From Antedon mediterranea (taxonomy: Eukaryota; Animalia; Echinodermata): a stretch of 64,000 nt of DNA. Below, one piece after another: positions 62,274 to 64,000 of this stretch. The DNA is taken from NCBI RefSeq assembly GCF_964355755.1, contig NC_092677.1:16948101-17012100 (forward strand), in the 5' to 3' direction. Each line of letters begins with the position of its first letter. Within the stretch, counting starts at the first letter, position 1. The notes beneath the pieces were generated by a model. The model had not been told where the DNA came from. It made no database searches and saw only the letters and a list, made by a program, of their open reading frames with translations. The translations under genes and the position numbers were made by a program.

Positions 62274-64000
62274 CTATTTAGTATTCAAAACTTCGTCTGA
62301 AGTACTTTTAATAGTACTATAAGACTTAATTTCTTGTTTGGAAAAATGTTCGTTGAGAGGAAACTGCTCAAATGCTTTCGCAAAAATCAAAAATATTGTT
62401 AGTCCAAATAACATGACTCCACTAACTATCTTAAACATCAAAGACCACTGTTCAAATGTGTTCTGAAAACAACGATATTAACAAAGAATATTTTAACAAT
62501 GATGTATAATACTGATAAAATAGTAAATATCAAATATTCGGAGTGAAGAATCAAGACGAACATTTATTTGATCTAATACGAACAAAGTAAAACAAGGGAA
62601 GAGAAGATAAGATGAAAGTTAATTCTAAACCGTCCGGTGATATACTGACATTTAATTAATCAATTTGAAACGAAAAGATGAGGAAATCTGTGAGAATGAG
62701 AAAAAGTCACCCCAACCGAGAATCGAACCCGGAGCTTCTGCTTGATATGCAGCTGTCCTAACCATTATATCACTGGGGCTTTCATGGTATTGTTCAAACT
62801 TGATTGGATAGCGACTTTTTAATATTGCCGGCGGAATTCAGAACTAGTCCCTCAATTGTACACACGGGCACCAGAGATCAAATTGATACGCCCTCATCTA
62901 TCAGTATTATTCACGAAGCGGGATCTCCGGTGACATACTTATATCTATATATAAACACATTAGACAAAGAAAGTTAATTCTAAACCGCCCGGTGAAATTT
63001 AATTAACGTATAATTACTGTATCAATGATTAAATAAATCGTTATTATTTATTAAAACAGGTAAACATAATGCACATCTAAAACGTAACATGTCACGTGTT
63101 AATGTCAAAATCAGCACAGGATCTTCAGAAATAATACTTTTGTGATACTAAACTTGATTAACCAGACCCCGAAATGTAATCTCGAAGGAAAAATCATATC
63201 ATTAAACATTCGTCTTTAAATATTGGTCGGAAAGAATGGAGGTACAAAATAAATGGGTAGTACAAAAAAGAACATCACTATTATCAAAGTTAGCTGATGA
63301 AAACAAACAATCTCAGAGAGTTTTATTATTAAGCTAGTAGGCCCAGCAAACATTTCCTGAATTTGACGAAACTAATAATATAAATAAGGTATCAGAAAAC
63401 TTACTGTGTCTTTTGTTAATTCCGCGATAATTGTTGGACCAATAACTCCAGAAACACTTGATAAAGTTGTTATGTCCAATACGTTCGGGGTGATACTCGC
63501 ATTAGTACAAAAGGATATTCCAAATGCCAGAATCAACAGCATCAGACTTGATACAGCACTATGTTTGAAAAAGTCCATACAACTAAATAAAAACGAAGGT
63601 AGCCCGATACCTACAAAAATAGTAATAATATAACATTACTTACTTTTTAATTTCCATACTTCCAAAACTGTCAATTTGTCATAAAATATGTAGAATCTTA
63701 CCCAAAAATGTAAACAGCTTCCTTGTTTGCAAAATAGTCAAATATTCACGACGAATACAGGCGTCTGCACATACGCCAGAAAGTAAGACGAAGCAACAAC
63801 TCACAATACCCAGACATGACGTAATCCACCCAGTCTGAACAGTAAGAAATCATAACTGTATATCACATTTTAAACATCCTGTCTTTATGTGTAAAAATGT
63901 TAGTCTATGCAAATACTTTATGCAATCCATGTCTTAACTTACCGCTTGTAAATCAAATCCCAAGATTTCTGTGATAAACGTCGGTGCTTCAGTAATAATG
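62274..64000 (-). CDS. SLC17/sialin-like MFS transporter, paralog C (3' exons only; 36-nt in-frame deletion)
   Basis: Exons 63943->64000, 63702-63834, 63405-63610, 62274-62462; AATAAA on the minus strand at 62239-62244. Confidence 0.82.
62614..62995 (-). mobile_element. tRNA-containing dispersed repeat bounded by a 27-bp direct repeat
   Basis: GAAAGTTAATTCTAAACCG(T/C)CCGGTGA at 62614-62640 and 62969-62995; minus-strand B box GGTTCGATTC; homologous to 19250-19460. Confidence 0.65.

Overview
AT-rich, intron-containing animal DNA, probably a marine invertebrate deuterostome such as an echinoderm (tentative, from repeat families and protein style). All host genes are on the minus strand. (1) The 5' half of an outer-arm axonemal dynein heavy chain, DNAH5/DNAH8-type: 29 frame-consistent GT-AG exons traced from 15860 to the AAA1 P-loop at the window start. 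Three candidate alternative ATG-bearing first exons lie at 31137-31283, 24425-24508 and 18197-18313, with RFX X-box/forkhead motifs nearby. (2) A complete 8-exon alkaline phosphatase, 32250-37440, likely GPI-anchored. (3) A tandem array of three divergent SLC17/sialin-like MFS transporters: 38603-47105, 57924-61908 and 62274->64000. A 5'-truncated CR1/L2-group LINE sits just downstream of the stop codon of the middle paralog (49683-57895). That LINE is split by a young Mag-like Ty3/Gypsy element (51515-56022; 136-bp LTRs, GAAGG TSD, non-canonical TG...TA ends). Introns and intergenic DNA hold many MITEs, SINE/tRNA-derived repeats, LINE tails, a foldback array of hairpin units and a perfect 82-bp-arm palindrome. 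There is no CRISPR array or prokaryotic system. The best leads are the multi-promoter dynein N-terminus, the triple-nested insertion and the diversifying SLC17 array.
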